Positions 31,575 to 44,103 of a stretch of DNA of 64,000 nt are shown here, piece by piece; the first letter of the stretch is position 1, and the number at the start of each line of letters is the position of its first letter. This stretch comes from Eledone cirrhosa. Its lineage: Eukaryota. The stretch lies in NCBI GenBank assembly GCA_964016885.1, contig OZ024742.1, forward strand, positions 85,808,001 through 85,872,000. Reading direction: 5' to 3'. The notes beneath the pieces are model-generated. The model had not been told where the DNA came from. It did no database searches and saw only the letters and a program-made list of their open reading frames with translations. The position numbers and the translations under genes were made by a program.

Positions 31575-32247
31575 ATATCTCGAAGATTGCATTTCGTTTC
31601 GTTTGTGGGCACCGCCAAAATGCGATCTCCCTGAAATAATATTTATATTAATCTCCCGGACCTAGCAATTAATTAGTTAATTCAATTAGACAATTCTATT
31701 GACTAATTAATTGCTTAAGTCAATTCTATTGACTAATTAATTGCTTAAGTTTATTTAAAACAATCCGGTCGAGAGCTTACTTTGAGTTGTGCAGTTTTTT
31801 GCAATTTTTGCAATACATTTACACAATTTGAATGCATCCGCCAAAAACCAGGGTTACCTCTCTTACAGGGTAAACACGTAGGGTAGTCACTCCACCATGA
31901 CTACTGCATTGGAACCCGCTGGCCGGCTGAGAAGAAAATACCTGTTGACGAAATGGCTGCCTTGTTCGATCTTTATACCAAAAGCTTACAACGAAAGCAG
32001 GCAGTATAATTGAATTAAAAGTCACAGAAACATTCCACTGGATTCTACCAACAATTTCCAGGAGGTCCAGGTAAATTCTTTTTTTAACCTGTTTAGCTTA
32101 CTTCGTTTATTTGTTGGCTCCGGTGGCTGATGGCTTCACGACAACTCTTTTCATTTTGTCTGGCGTCTATAACGTATGTTAATTGCGCTGGTCTGCTTTT
32201 AGTCCATTGAGCGCTTGCCGGGTATCTCGAAGATTGCGTTTTGTTTA
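31575..32247. mobile_element. ~650-bp non-autonomous element with terminal redundancy, between (TA)n
   Basis: ATCTCGAAGATTGC at ~31577 and ~32224. The internal part is homologous to 36250-36575. Confidence 0.65.
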
Positions 32248-32264
32248 TATATATATATATATAT

Positions 32265-35200
32265 ATTAGAAATTGGAATAAATGCTCTGAAATAGCGATA
32301 TATATGTGAATATAGACATAGAATATTCGAAAATATTCTGTATGTTTATAATAAACATTTTGAAGACCTAATCGCTATAGAATAGAATACGTCACGTATT
32401 ACAATTAGATTCTCGATAAAAGCAAGGGAAGTAATCTACGCGTTTCATTCTTGTTAGAAATCATCAGGACTACATATCCAGTGCTTTTATCGAGAATGAC
32501 ACAGCTAGAGACTTATAGAATACTTAGCTGTGTACAGGAACTGGTTTGAAAGAGCGGTTGCCGGTCCGGCAGAAATTAGAAATTGGAATAAATGCTCTGA
32601 AATAGCGATATATATGTGAATATAGACATAGAATATTCGAAAATATTCTGTATGTTTATAATAAACATTTTGAAGACCTAATCGCTATAGAATAGAATAC
32701 GTCACGTATTACAATTAGATTCTCGATAAAAGCAAGGGAAGTAATCTACGCGTTTCATTCTTGTTAGAAATCATCAGGACTACATATCCAGTGCTTTTAT
32801 CGAGAATGACACAGCTAGAGACTTATAGAATACTTAGCTGTGTACAGGAACTGGTTTGAAAGAGCGGTTGCCGGTCCGGCAGAAATTAGAAATTGGAATA
32901 AATGCTCTGAAATAGCGATATATATGTGAATATAGACATAGAATATTCGAAAATATTCTGTATGTTTATAATAAACATTTTGAAGACCTAATCGCTATAG
33001 AATAGAATACGTCACGTATTACAATTAGATTCTCGATAAAAGCAAGGGAAGTAATCTACGCGTTTCATTCTTGTTAGAGATCATCAGGACTACATATCCA
33101 GTGCTTTTATCGAGAATGACACAGCTAGAGACTTATAGAATACTTAGCTGTGTACAGGAACTGGTTTGAAAGAGCGGTTGCCGGTCCGGCAGAAATTAGA
33201 AATTGGAATAAATGCTCTGAAATAGCGATATATATGTGAATATAGACATAGAATATTCGAAAATATTCTGTATGTTTATAATAAACATTTTGAAGACCTA
33301 ATCGCTATAGAATAGAATACGTCACGTATTACAATTAGATTCTCGATAAAAGCAAGGGAAGTAATCTACGCGTTTCATTCTTGTTAGAAATCATCAGGAC
33401 TACATATCCAGTGCTTTTATCGAGAATGACACAGCTAGAGACTTATAGAATACTTAGCTGTGTACAGGAACTGGTTTGAAAGAGCGGTTGCCGGTCCGGC
33501 AGAAATTAGAAATTGGAATAAATGCTCTGAAATAGCGATATATATGTGAATATAGACATAGAATATTCGAAAATATTCTGTATGTTTATAATAAACATTT
33601 TGAAGACCTAATCGCTATAGAATAGAATACGTCACGTATTACAATTAGATTCTCGATAAAAGCAAGGGAAGTAATCTACGCGTTTCATTCTTGTTAGAAA
33701 TCATCAGGACTACATATCCAGTGCTTTTATCGAGAATGACACAGCTAGAGACTTATAGAATACTTAGCTGTGTACAGGAACTGGTTTGAAAGAGCGGTTG
33801 CCGGTCCGGCAGAAATTAGAAATTGGAATAAATGCTCTGAAATAGCGATATATATGTGAATATAGACATAGAATATTCGAAAATATTCTGTATGTTTATA
33901 ATAAACATTTTGAAGACCTAATCGCTATAGAATAGAATACGTCACGTATTACAATTAGATTCTCGATAAAAGCAAGGGAAGTAATCTACGCGTTTCATTC
34001 TTGTTAGAAATCATCAGGACTACATATCCAGTGCTTTTATCGAGAATGACACAGCTAGAGACTTATAGAATACTTAGCTGTGTACAGGAACTGGTTTGAA
34101 AGAGCGGTTGCCGGTCCGGCAGAAATTAGAAATTGGAATAAATGCTCTGAAATAGCGATATATATGTGAATATAGACATAGAATATTCGAAAATATTCTG
34201 TATGTTTATAATAAACATTTTGAAGACCTAATCGCTATAGAATAGAATACGTCACGTATTACAATTAGATTCTCGATAAAAGCAAGGGAAGTAATCTACG
34301 CGTTTCATTCTTGTTAGAAATCATCAGGACTACATATCCAGTGCTTTTATCGAGAATGACACAGCTAGAGACTTATAGAATACTTAGCTGTGTACAGGAA
34401 CTGGTTTGAAAGAGCGGTTGCCGGTCCGGCAGAAATTAGAAATTGGAATAAATGCTCTGAAATAGCGATATATATGTGAATATAGACATAGAATATTCGA
34501 AAATATTCTGTATGTTTATAATAAACATTTTGAAGACCTAATCGCTATAGAATAGAATACGTCACGTATTACAATTAGATTCTCGATAAAAGCAAGGGAA
34601 GTAATCTACGCGTTTCATTCTTGTTAGAGATCATCAGGACTACATATCCAGTGCTTTTATCGAGAATGACACAGCTAGAGACTTATAGAATACTTAGCTG
34701 TGTACAGGAACTGGTTTGAAAGAGCGGTTGCCGGTCCGGCAGAAATTAGAAATTGGAATAAATGCTCTGAAATAGCGATATATATGTGAATATAGACATA
34801 GAATATTCGAAAATATTCTGTATGTTTATAATAAACATTTTGAAGACCTAATCGCTATAGAATAGAATACGTCACGTATTACAATTAGATTCTCGATAAA
34901 AGCAAGGGAAGTAATCTACGCGTTTCATTCTTGTTAGAAATCATCAGGACTACATATCCAGTGCTTTTATCGAGAATGACACAGCTAGAGACTTATAGAA
35001 TACTTAGCTGTGTACAGGAACTGGTTTGAAAGAGCGGTTGCCGGTCCGGCAGAAATTAGAAATTGGAATAAATGCTCTGAAATAGCGATATATATGTGAA
35101 TATAGACATAGAATATTCGAAAATATTCTGTATGTTTATAATAAACATTTTGAAGACCTAATCGCTATAGAATAGAATACGTCACGTATTACAATTAGAT

Positions 35201-35668
35201 TCTCGATAAAAGCAAGGGAAGTAATCTACGCGTTTCATTCTTGTTAGAAATCATCAGGACTACATATCCAGTGCTTTTATCGAGAATGACACAGCTAGAG
35301 ACTTATAGAATACTTAGCTGTGTACAGGAACTGGTTTGAAAGAGCGGTTGCCGGTCCGGCAGAAATTAGAAATTGGAATAAATGCTCTGAAATAGCGATA
35401 TATATGTGAATATAGACATAGAATATTCGAAAATATTCTGTATGTTTATAATAAACATTTTGAAGACCTAATCGCTATAGAATAGAATACGTCACGTATT
35501 ACAATTAGATTCTCGATAAAAGCAAGGGAAGTAATCTACGCGTTTCATTCTTGTTAGAAATCATCAGGACTACATATCCAGTGCTTTTATCGAGAATGAC
35601 ACAGCTAGAGACTTATAGAATACTTAGCTGTGTACAGGAACTGGTTTGAAAGAGCGGTTGCCGGTCCG
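32265..35668 (-). repeat. Tandem array of 11 x 310-bp hammerhead-containing units (retrozyme-like concatemer)
   Basis: AATTGGAATA recurs every 310 bp from 32271 to 35371. Copies look identical except for A>G at 33079 and 34629. (TA)n on the left. Confidence 0.97.
32409..32497 (-). ncRNA. Type I hammerhead ribozyme (copy 1 of 11; repeats every 310 bp to 35509-35597)
   Basis: Minus strand GUAGUC-CUGAUGA-U-UUCU(AACA)AGAA-U-GAAA-CGCG-UA/GAUUAC. Stem I is GUAGUC:GAUUAC, extended by a 16-bp helix (ATTCTCGATAAAAGCA:TGCTTTTATCGAGAAT). Stem III is the palindrome ACGCGU. Predicted cut between 32437 and 32436. Confidence 0.88.
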
Positions 35669-35784
35669 TTACTTCCCTTGCTTTTATCGAGAATCTAATT
35701 GTAATACGTGACGTATTCTATTCTATAGCGATTAGGTCTTCAAAATGTTTATTATAAACATACAGAATATTTTCGAATATTCTA

Positions 35785-35793
<9 letters not shown>
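35669..35793 (+). repeat. Inverted partial copy of the 310-bp unit terminating the array
   Basis: TTACTTCCCTTGCTTTTATCGAGAATC...TTCTATGTCTATA is the exact reverse complement of ~32310-32434, then runs into (TA)n. Confidence 0.95.
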
Positions 35794-35847
<54 letters not shown>

Positions 35848-35848
35848 G

Positions 35849-35932
<84 letters not shown>

Positions 35933-35934
35933 AA

Positions 35935-36571
35935 TATAGACATAGGTTATAAAAGCCAAACAAAGTGAGATGGCGGTCAAGAAGCCATCAACCACCTAAG
36001 CCCAAAAAAACGAGGCAAGCGAAACAGGTTAAACAAAATAATTGAAATATTTACCCGGACCCTCGAAAAGATGGTATAATCCAGTCCATAGTTTCTGCGA
36101 CACCTAAATCAATTATACTGGTTGCTTAAAATAATAAGCTTTTGGTATAATGATTGAACAAGGCTGTCACTTCGCCAACAGGTATTCTGTTCTACGCCAG
36201 CATATAGAATCAGGCAGTGGTATGTATGTACTACATACCACTTGTTCAATCATTATAGCAAAAGCTTATTATTTTAAGCAAGCAGTATAATTGATTTAGG
36301 TGTCGCAGAAACTATTGACTGGATTATACCATCTTTTCGAGGGTCCGGGTAAATATTTCAATTATTTTGTTTAACCTGTTTGGCTTGTCTCGTCTTTTTG
36401 GCTTAGGTGGTTGATGGCTTCTTGACTGCCAACTCAGTTTGTTTGGTTTTTATAACCTATGTTTATTACTCTGGCCTTTATCTGCTCCATGGAGCGCTTG
36501 CCAGCATAACTGGGATATTACACTTCGCTTTGTTTTCGACCACAGCCGGAATCCGAATCTCGCTGAAATCA

Positions 36572-36575
<4 letters not shown>
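35935..36575. mobile_element. Fold-back copy of the 31575 element family
   Basis: ~35935-36160 is the inverted copy of ~36240-36465. Flanked by (TA)n. Confidence 0.8.
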
Positions 36576-36632
<57 letters not shown>

Positions 36633-37276
36633 CGGAGGAAATGTGGTAAGGAACCAGGTGGACCATAACGCACCAAAGTACTCAATACTTAGTGTAGTAG
36701 AGTGGGTAATAGGAACGAGTAGGACCCGAGGGCTAAATTAGCCGTCGAAACGGCTTGAGTTCAGCCGTCGGGGTCCTACTCGTTCCTATATATATATATA
36801 TGATGGCATATGCATATACGATGGCATATGCATATATAAATACGTACACACTGATATGGATGAAGTGATTGACAATTATATAGAGAGAGCGAAATGTATA
36901 AATCAATGTTTATATGCATCCCTGATCCTGCCTACATGTGAATAGATATCTGTCTTTTCCCTAACCACTCACATACAGATGCAGATACTCACACTCACCA
37001 AATATGCATGCTTGATGATTTCTTTTGAATGAAACATTTCTAGTACTGCATCAAACTTAATGCTTACACTCAAATAATATCTTGAGTAACTTATTAACTG
37101 CTGTCACCATCGATTGAACCCGGTCTCTCTCTCTCTATATATATATATATACGTGAGTTTGTGTTACTGTTTCCTTTTCTGTGTATATGTATGTATGCAC
37201 GTATATCGATTACCAGATCATACAATGATGTTAACATGGCCATCAACCTATTAAACAGACGTAAAGCACCTGGATC

Positions 37277-38655
37277 AGGTAATGGCTATTTAGCCGATAT
37301 AAGGATATGTAGCCGCGAAAGGCTATAGAGATGGTATGACATTATTTAACCGGTAAAGTCCATGTAGGCGGTAGGCTGCTAAGTAGCAGTTAAAATGGTA
37401 CTTAAGGAGGATCCGATTTTTATTTGTGGGCGTAACCGATTTTTAAGTGGTGGGGGTCAGTTTCATTTATGGAGTGGGGACATCTGTTTTTTATTTGGGG
37501 GGTCCAATTCTTTTTTCTTGGGGGGGGGGTCTGTTTTTTATTTCGGGGTACGATTTTTATTTGGGTGTTCTCTTTTATTTATTTAGGGGTGAAATCCATT
37601 TTTTATTCGTGTAGGGGGGCGTGGTCCACTTTTCATTTCTATATTTCGTTTGTTATTTGGGGGAAGAAATCCGTCTTTTATTTGGAGGGTGGTATGTGTT
37701 TTAGTCGAGGGGATCCATTTATTATTTAGTGGGGATCTGTTTATAATTAGGCGAGGGCGTTTTTCTTATATTAGGGCATTCCGATATCTATTTGGGGGGC
37801 ATTTTTTATATGGATGTTGCTATTTAGTGGCTCTGTACCATATAATACTCCATATAGCCGGTTAAGGTTAAAAAGCCTGTAATGAGCTGTAAAGCCTGTA
37901 CTGTTATATAGCCGGTAAAACCTATGTAGACGGTAAGAGGTTATATATTTGGTAAAGGATATTTAGCAGGTATAGGCTAATTAAACGGTAAGAAGCTGTA
38001 TAGCCAGTAATGGCTATGTAGCAGTTACTGGCTATGTAGACAGTAACAGCTAAGTAGCTGCTAAAGTTTATTTAGCCGGTATAGGTTCTTTACCGGTAAA
38101 TGCTAATTAGCAGCTAAGAAGCTATGTAGGCAGTAAAATGATATTTAACCGGTAAATGTTATGTAGCCGGTAAGTGCTAATATATCTTATAAGAGGCTTT
38201 GTATCAGGTAAATTCTATGGCGCCGGTAAAAATCTATGTAGTCTGTAAACGGCTTTGTAGCCGGTTAGAAGTTGTGTAGCTGGTAAATACTTTGCAACTG
38301 ATAAGAATCTATGTAGCCGCTAAAGTCTATGTAGGTGTTAAGAAACCATATAACCGGCCAGATGCTATGTAGCAGGTTAAATGCAATTTGAGTGGGATCC
38401 GTTTTATGCTTGTGTGGGAAAATGCTGCATATTTTTTTATCGGGGGTCAGTTTTTTATTTGGGAGTAAGTTTTTTATTTGGGGTTCCGTTTTTTAATTAT
38501 TTTTCGCGGGGCTGTGTTTATATTTTGGGGGAGGATCAGCTTGATTTTTTTTCAGGGTGGGGTCCACTTATTATTCGGGTGCTCAGTTTGTTATTTGGGG
38601 TGTCGGTTTTGGATGTAACCTGTAAGAAGCTATGTAGCTGGTGTAGCGTTACTCG
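37277..38655. repeat. Degenerate composite minisatellite
   Basis: ~20-bp GGCTATGTAGCCGGTAA-like repeats (37277-37395, 37850-38380, 38610-38655) alternate with TTTTTATTTGGGGG-like blocks. Confidence 0.7.
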
Positions 38656-38659
38656 CTAT

Positions 38660-40030
38660 ACTTGCCCAATTGAAGGCTTGATAAGTTCTTTGACCCATAT
38701 TCGGATTTGATGTCCGTTGAATCTGTTTATTTGTCTGGCGGGGAGCCAGTTCTGTCGACGTCCTCTCGACCATGAAACATGTTGTACTGCGTTACATGAA
38801 AGAAGCAGCCAGATGTCTCGTCTGAATTTACCTAAACAGCAGCAACAATCCTCAGAAGTAAAATGCCGCCTAAAAACGACGATTTTCAAAGGAGACTAAA
38901 CAACTAAGATAAAATAGACAACGAATGAACAGAGGCAGGACAGGCACACATAATCATGAGTACTCTGATATCTCAATTTCAAAAGACGTTACATGAAAGT
39001 AAACATCACACGACATAGCGAAGAGCGGCAGTTCAAGTACCTGGAATAGAAAATACGATTGTACCCTATCAAAGCGAAGCAGTATCTAGGTACAAATAAC
39101 ATCATCACTATTTTAGAAGAGAATGGCACACTCACTGAGAGTATTAGTCTTATAAAACGATTGGCAGAATTCTTTAGAAGACTATACAGAACTAGACCAA
39201 TAATTCTCCAGTAACAAAACACTCAATACCCTCTACACGAATTTCTTTTCTCATTCCAGCAGAGAGGAAACAGCGAGTATTACACGATTAATGTGAGAGA
39301 ATGTTCCATGCAAATAATACATCACTAGAGGTATAATTCTAAAGAGTGGCGAGACCAACAAGCTCTTTGCAAATGATATAGTCTTTAGACAACAATATGT
39401 GAAGGAGTTGCTCAAGGTTATCTATACTGTGAGCCACCTAGTATGCCCTAACATCCATCTTGTAAAAACCAAGGACATGTTTAACAGCCACACTAATTCA
39501 TCACCAGTTATTGTAAATGGAAAGTGTATAGAGGAAGTAGACTCTTATGAGTATCTTGAAAGGAATATTGCAAAATATTATACTGTACTTCTGGAGGTCA
39601 AACGTTTGATTGTTCACGGTCGGGTTGCTTTTGGAAATGTTTATAAAATCATTAGATGTTCCAAGTCAACAACCGGAGGCCAAATGTAACCTCCTAATGA
39701 ATATGTTCTTCCGGTGATACTTCGTCACCCCGCACTAACACTGAAAAGACACTTGAACAAAATTGAAACAAATCAAACATGACATTTAGTTTCGTAACAA
39801 GAGAAGCACCATTTGGATACGTCAGCAAACTGGAGATAATGTTCTAATTGAGACCGCAGGAAGGGCTAACATGGATAGGCTGCTAGCGCCTCTCGTTTGA
39901 GAAAAAGGCGGATTATTAGAGTGAGAGAATGGTCACCAAGGCAGTGAAGAAGAACATGAAGGTGGCCAAAAGTTAGATCGATTAATGATTCGGCCCAATA
40001 TGACCAGAAATAGGGAGTGGTAGGTGTCGA
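38660..40030 (+). pseudogene. Degenerate RTE-like LINE remnant
   Basis: ORF 39399: VIVNGKCIEEVDSYEYL...EVKRLI..GRVAFG resembles the RT thumb/post-RT region of RTE elements. Boundaries approximate. Confidence 0.6.
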
Positions 40031-40410
40031 CCAGGGAAAGGTTCTTCTATTGAGTGTGAGAATGTCTTCGATTTTGCATATACATATTTCTTCTTCCGTG
40101 CACAATCCAACTACCAAAATACACGTACTTCACTGGATATGTCTAACATACTCCACTCTCATTTTCAGCACTGCCATCTTAGAATGAATGTTTGTAATTA
40201 TTCAGTCATTCGCTGATAAAAGGAATTACAAAACGAGAACCGAACAATTATTTATTCTAAGATGGCCGCACTGATTCTAATTGCGCAGTTAAACACGTAT
40301 ATTCGGAAAATTTACCATTGATTGCATATAAAAAATTCTATACAAAAACAATCGTTCCTCGCATTGACTGCTCTGCCAACTTTGTATATTCATCACCTAA
40401 TTCATCTACG

Positions 40411-40485
<75 letters not shown>

Positions 40486-40999
40486 TATATATATGGGATA
40501 ACAAGTTATCGTTATAGGTAATCTAGTTAGAGGTTGTGAGTACTCTGCATTATGGATAGTTTTAACGTACGGCGAGTTCGCGAGATTTCCTATGCACATT
40601 ATTCTTGGAGTAATAATAGTGAAAGATTGAAGAATAACATGGTCAGCTTTACAAAAAGGCTTTTATTTCAGTATTCCGATGATTTGATCAGAGGTAAACA
40701 TTGTACCTAAGGTCGAGTGACGCAATTTCAAGTGATTAGCGGCCTTTAGACTCACCTGATCAATGAAACGCTTGTAATACTTGAAATAAAACCCTTTTTA
40801 TATAGTCGACCACGTTACTCTTCAATATTTCACTATATATATGTGTATGTGTGTGTGTGTGGGGGGGTATATGTGTGTGTGTGTGTGTGTGTGTGGGTGA
40901 GTGTGTACGCGTGTATGTATAAGTGCAAGTCGATTTTTGTGAAACACAATGTGTAAAGTTCAATGAAATATAAACAAATATTTCCTGTCGTTATTGTGG

Positions 41000-41680
41000 T
41001 AAACATCTGCACGATATTCGAGCTAAATGGGTACACTCAAATGTTTGACTTAAATCAAAGCATAGTGATTTTAAGATAGCTAACCTCTTGAAAGCTGCAA
41101 GGTCGTTTGATGTCATTTAATGTAAAGATCTATAAACTGCCGTGAGGGATTCTGCAGCAATAGCCAAACATGTAACTCAAGCTAAGTCCCTAATACTTTC
41201 AAAACCGCACAGTCTGCATGAAATATGCGGGAATGGACCGATACATCCCCACAAATCAATAAACACCATTTCTAATTAGCTCAAGCTTCGAGACACACTA
41301 TCTGAATTATTGTGCAGGAAGACCTATGATAAAAACAATTTGGCATGTTTACAAAAGAAACAAAAACAACTGCGTGATCTACGCAATTGTGTTGTTAAGC
41401 ATTTACATCATTAAGACACTGGAATACTTTGGTTTTTGCCAGATGAATAAAAACCTTTGTTCAGGGCCAAACAGTCAAACGAATCTATGAGTGATAGTTA
41501 TGCAAAAATGATAAAGTGATTCTACTGATCATGCAGACAAGATATCAGGCAGATATGATGGCTCTGGGAGTTGTGAGCATCGACGGTCTTGAAATGTCGA
41601 CACACTTCTTTTCTCGGAGATAACGGGTGAATGGTCCTCATTGTAAGAATGTGTTGGGGAGTATTGTGAAAGAAACAATC
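41000..41680 (+). pseudogene. Tc1/mariner-superfamily (DD37D/maT-like) transposase remnant
   Basis: 41555-41671 translates MMALGVVSIDGLEMSTHFFSRR*RVNGPHCKNVLGSIVK, with WFLPDE upstream (~41430). Confidence 0.6.
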
Positions 41681-43937
41681 GGTCACAAAAATTCAAAGAA
41701 AAGAAACTTTGAAAATGTTATCAAATTATAGTAAGAGAAGAAAGGAATAAATACAAGGAAGTAAAATACTAGAACAAATACACTTTAGAAAGCAGATATG
41801 ATTTAAATGGCTACATCCTGTGGAATGCAGCATACACACACACACACACACACGCACACACGCGCGCGCGCGTACACACATATACACACACACACATATT
41901 TATATACACATATATATATGTATGTGTGTGTGTATGTGTGTGTATGTGCCTTTGCTCGTACAGAAACGGCACACTCACACATATATACATACACACACAC
42001 ACACATATATATATATACATAATACTTACATATATACATCATACATACATATATACATACATATACGCGAAAACAGCTTCTGTTAGAAGTCTTTTTCATA
42101 TTAAAGAAAAACAACTGTTGTGTTTTTGCTAATAGGCAATTTAATCGAACAGCTAGAGGGAATTAATAGTATTAATGGCCAGTAATATGACAGAAGCGAT
42201 ACAAAACAAGTTTAATGAGCTCATAGTGCTAATAATAATCAATATTGATAAACATTCTGCTGCATTTTAAAATTTAATGACTCATAACATCTTTTAGAAA
42301 CATCAGTGTTGGTGAAAAAAAACTATTCAGGAAATTTGGAGCCATAGTATAGAAGTTTGGAATGCCATGTCTGATGTATTATATTGTCCTGTTTTGTTCT
42401 TTAGAGGGCTGAAGAAGGTCAGTGACTGAAGTCCGTTCAGTACCTCAACGGCCAGAAACCCCGGTACTCATGATTTTCACTTTCAAACAATATTGGGAGG
42501 ACGCTTTGGAAAAAAATGCTTAGTAATTGTTTTTTTTTAATTTGTGATCAACGAACAATTGGATATGGTCTCATGTATTTCATTCATATAACAAGGAAGA
42601 CTATGCAATATGGTTTATTAGTTACAAATCACAATAGTTACAAATTAGTTTATTAGTTACAAATCACACAATATATGAAAAGAAGACTAATTACCAGCCT
42701 GATTTTGTTTGCTCTTAATTTAAACAAAAGTTAATTCACATATTTTTTTTTATAATAGTGTTGTTGCATTTTTATGGACTTCGCTCTAATGGCAGTTAAA
42801 CCTATTCCTTACAGAATGTGAAATACTTTTTTGGTCTAAGTAACATAAGTTTCCGGTTTCAAATACAAAGATTAAGAGTGATATATTTAACGTTTGATAG
42901 AGACTTTTGTTGATCCGACAAAATTACCGTAGACCACATTGACTAATGAAAAGTGTACGGAATAATAATTTTTAAGGGCCTATAGAATAGCATTTGACGC
43001 ACAAATATTTAATAATTGGCATTTTGATATATTACCAATGTGTTGGAAGGATTGTGATAATTATTAATATTACATTTTGTTATGCAGGCAGTCAAAAAAT
43101 GCTGGAAACGTTATTTTTTTACTAAAATATTATACCAAATATAGCGAGGAATTTTCTTTTGACATCTAATGAATGTTCATGTCAAAAACATTTAATAACA
43201 TTGATTAATACTATTGGAAACATGCATAGAAGTATTCTGTCTTAAGTTTAACGAAAATGATCAGGGTTTAACAAAATGTAAGTTTAAAAGGAATGTTCAG
43301 GAATATTGTACACTATATACATTTAATTATTCATCTGACTGAAACCACGCTATAATTAAATCTATGAATACACTTGTAACAACAATTACCAGAAATGTTG
43401 TGTTTCACTCCGATTGACCCAATTAAAACGAGAAATCTATAAAACACTTAATCACAATATATTCATAATTCAAAGCTACATCACAACATTCCTGGGCATT
43501 TTAGCTCGAATATACAATTATAAATACATTTGATATCGATATATTGGTATTTAATAGGTTACAGTTATGTTTTTCATGTAGATAGAGGTCAATGTTGATA
43601 AGCAAGAAATTGACTTGCGCAATTGCTTATTTATTTCATACATTAGATAGAGGGGCGCTTTGTCCTTTTTATTTGCCGGATTGAGCGACACAAGGAAAAG
43701 GACAAGGAAAATGACACTGGTGGGAAGGTCGAGAACATGCTTGACAAATCACTGGTCGCTTCCACGCTCAGAAACCTGCATTTTTGTTTCCCTGATGTTT
43801 CTGAAAAGCTGGAAATGTGCACTTTGTCTGACAATGAAGAGTCGTGGTCTCAAATTTCTCATGTTTGTAACAAATGGAATTTTTTTTTTTATTACGAAAA
43901 GGCTTTCACTGGAACTGATTGTGGAGTTGGAGATTGG

Positions 43938-44103
<166 letters not shown>

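Noticed and set aside
22455-35668. Tandem arrays as CRISPR, rDNA/5S or snRNA clusters
   Set aside because: No unique spacers, eukaryotic context, and no recognisable rRNA, tRNA or snRNA sequence in the units.
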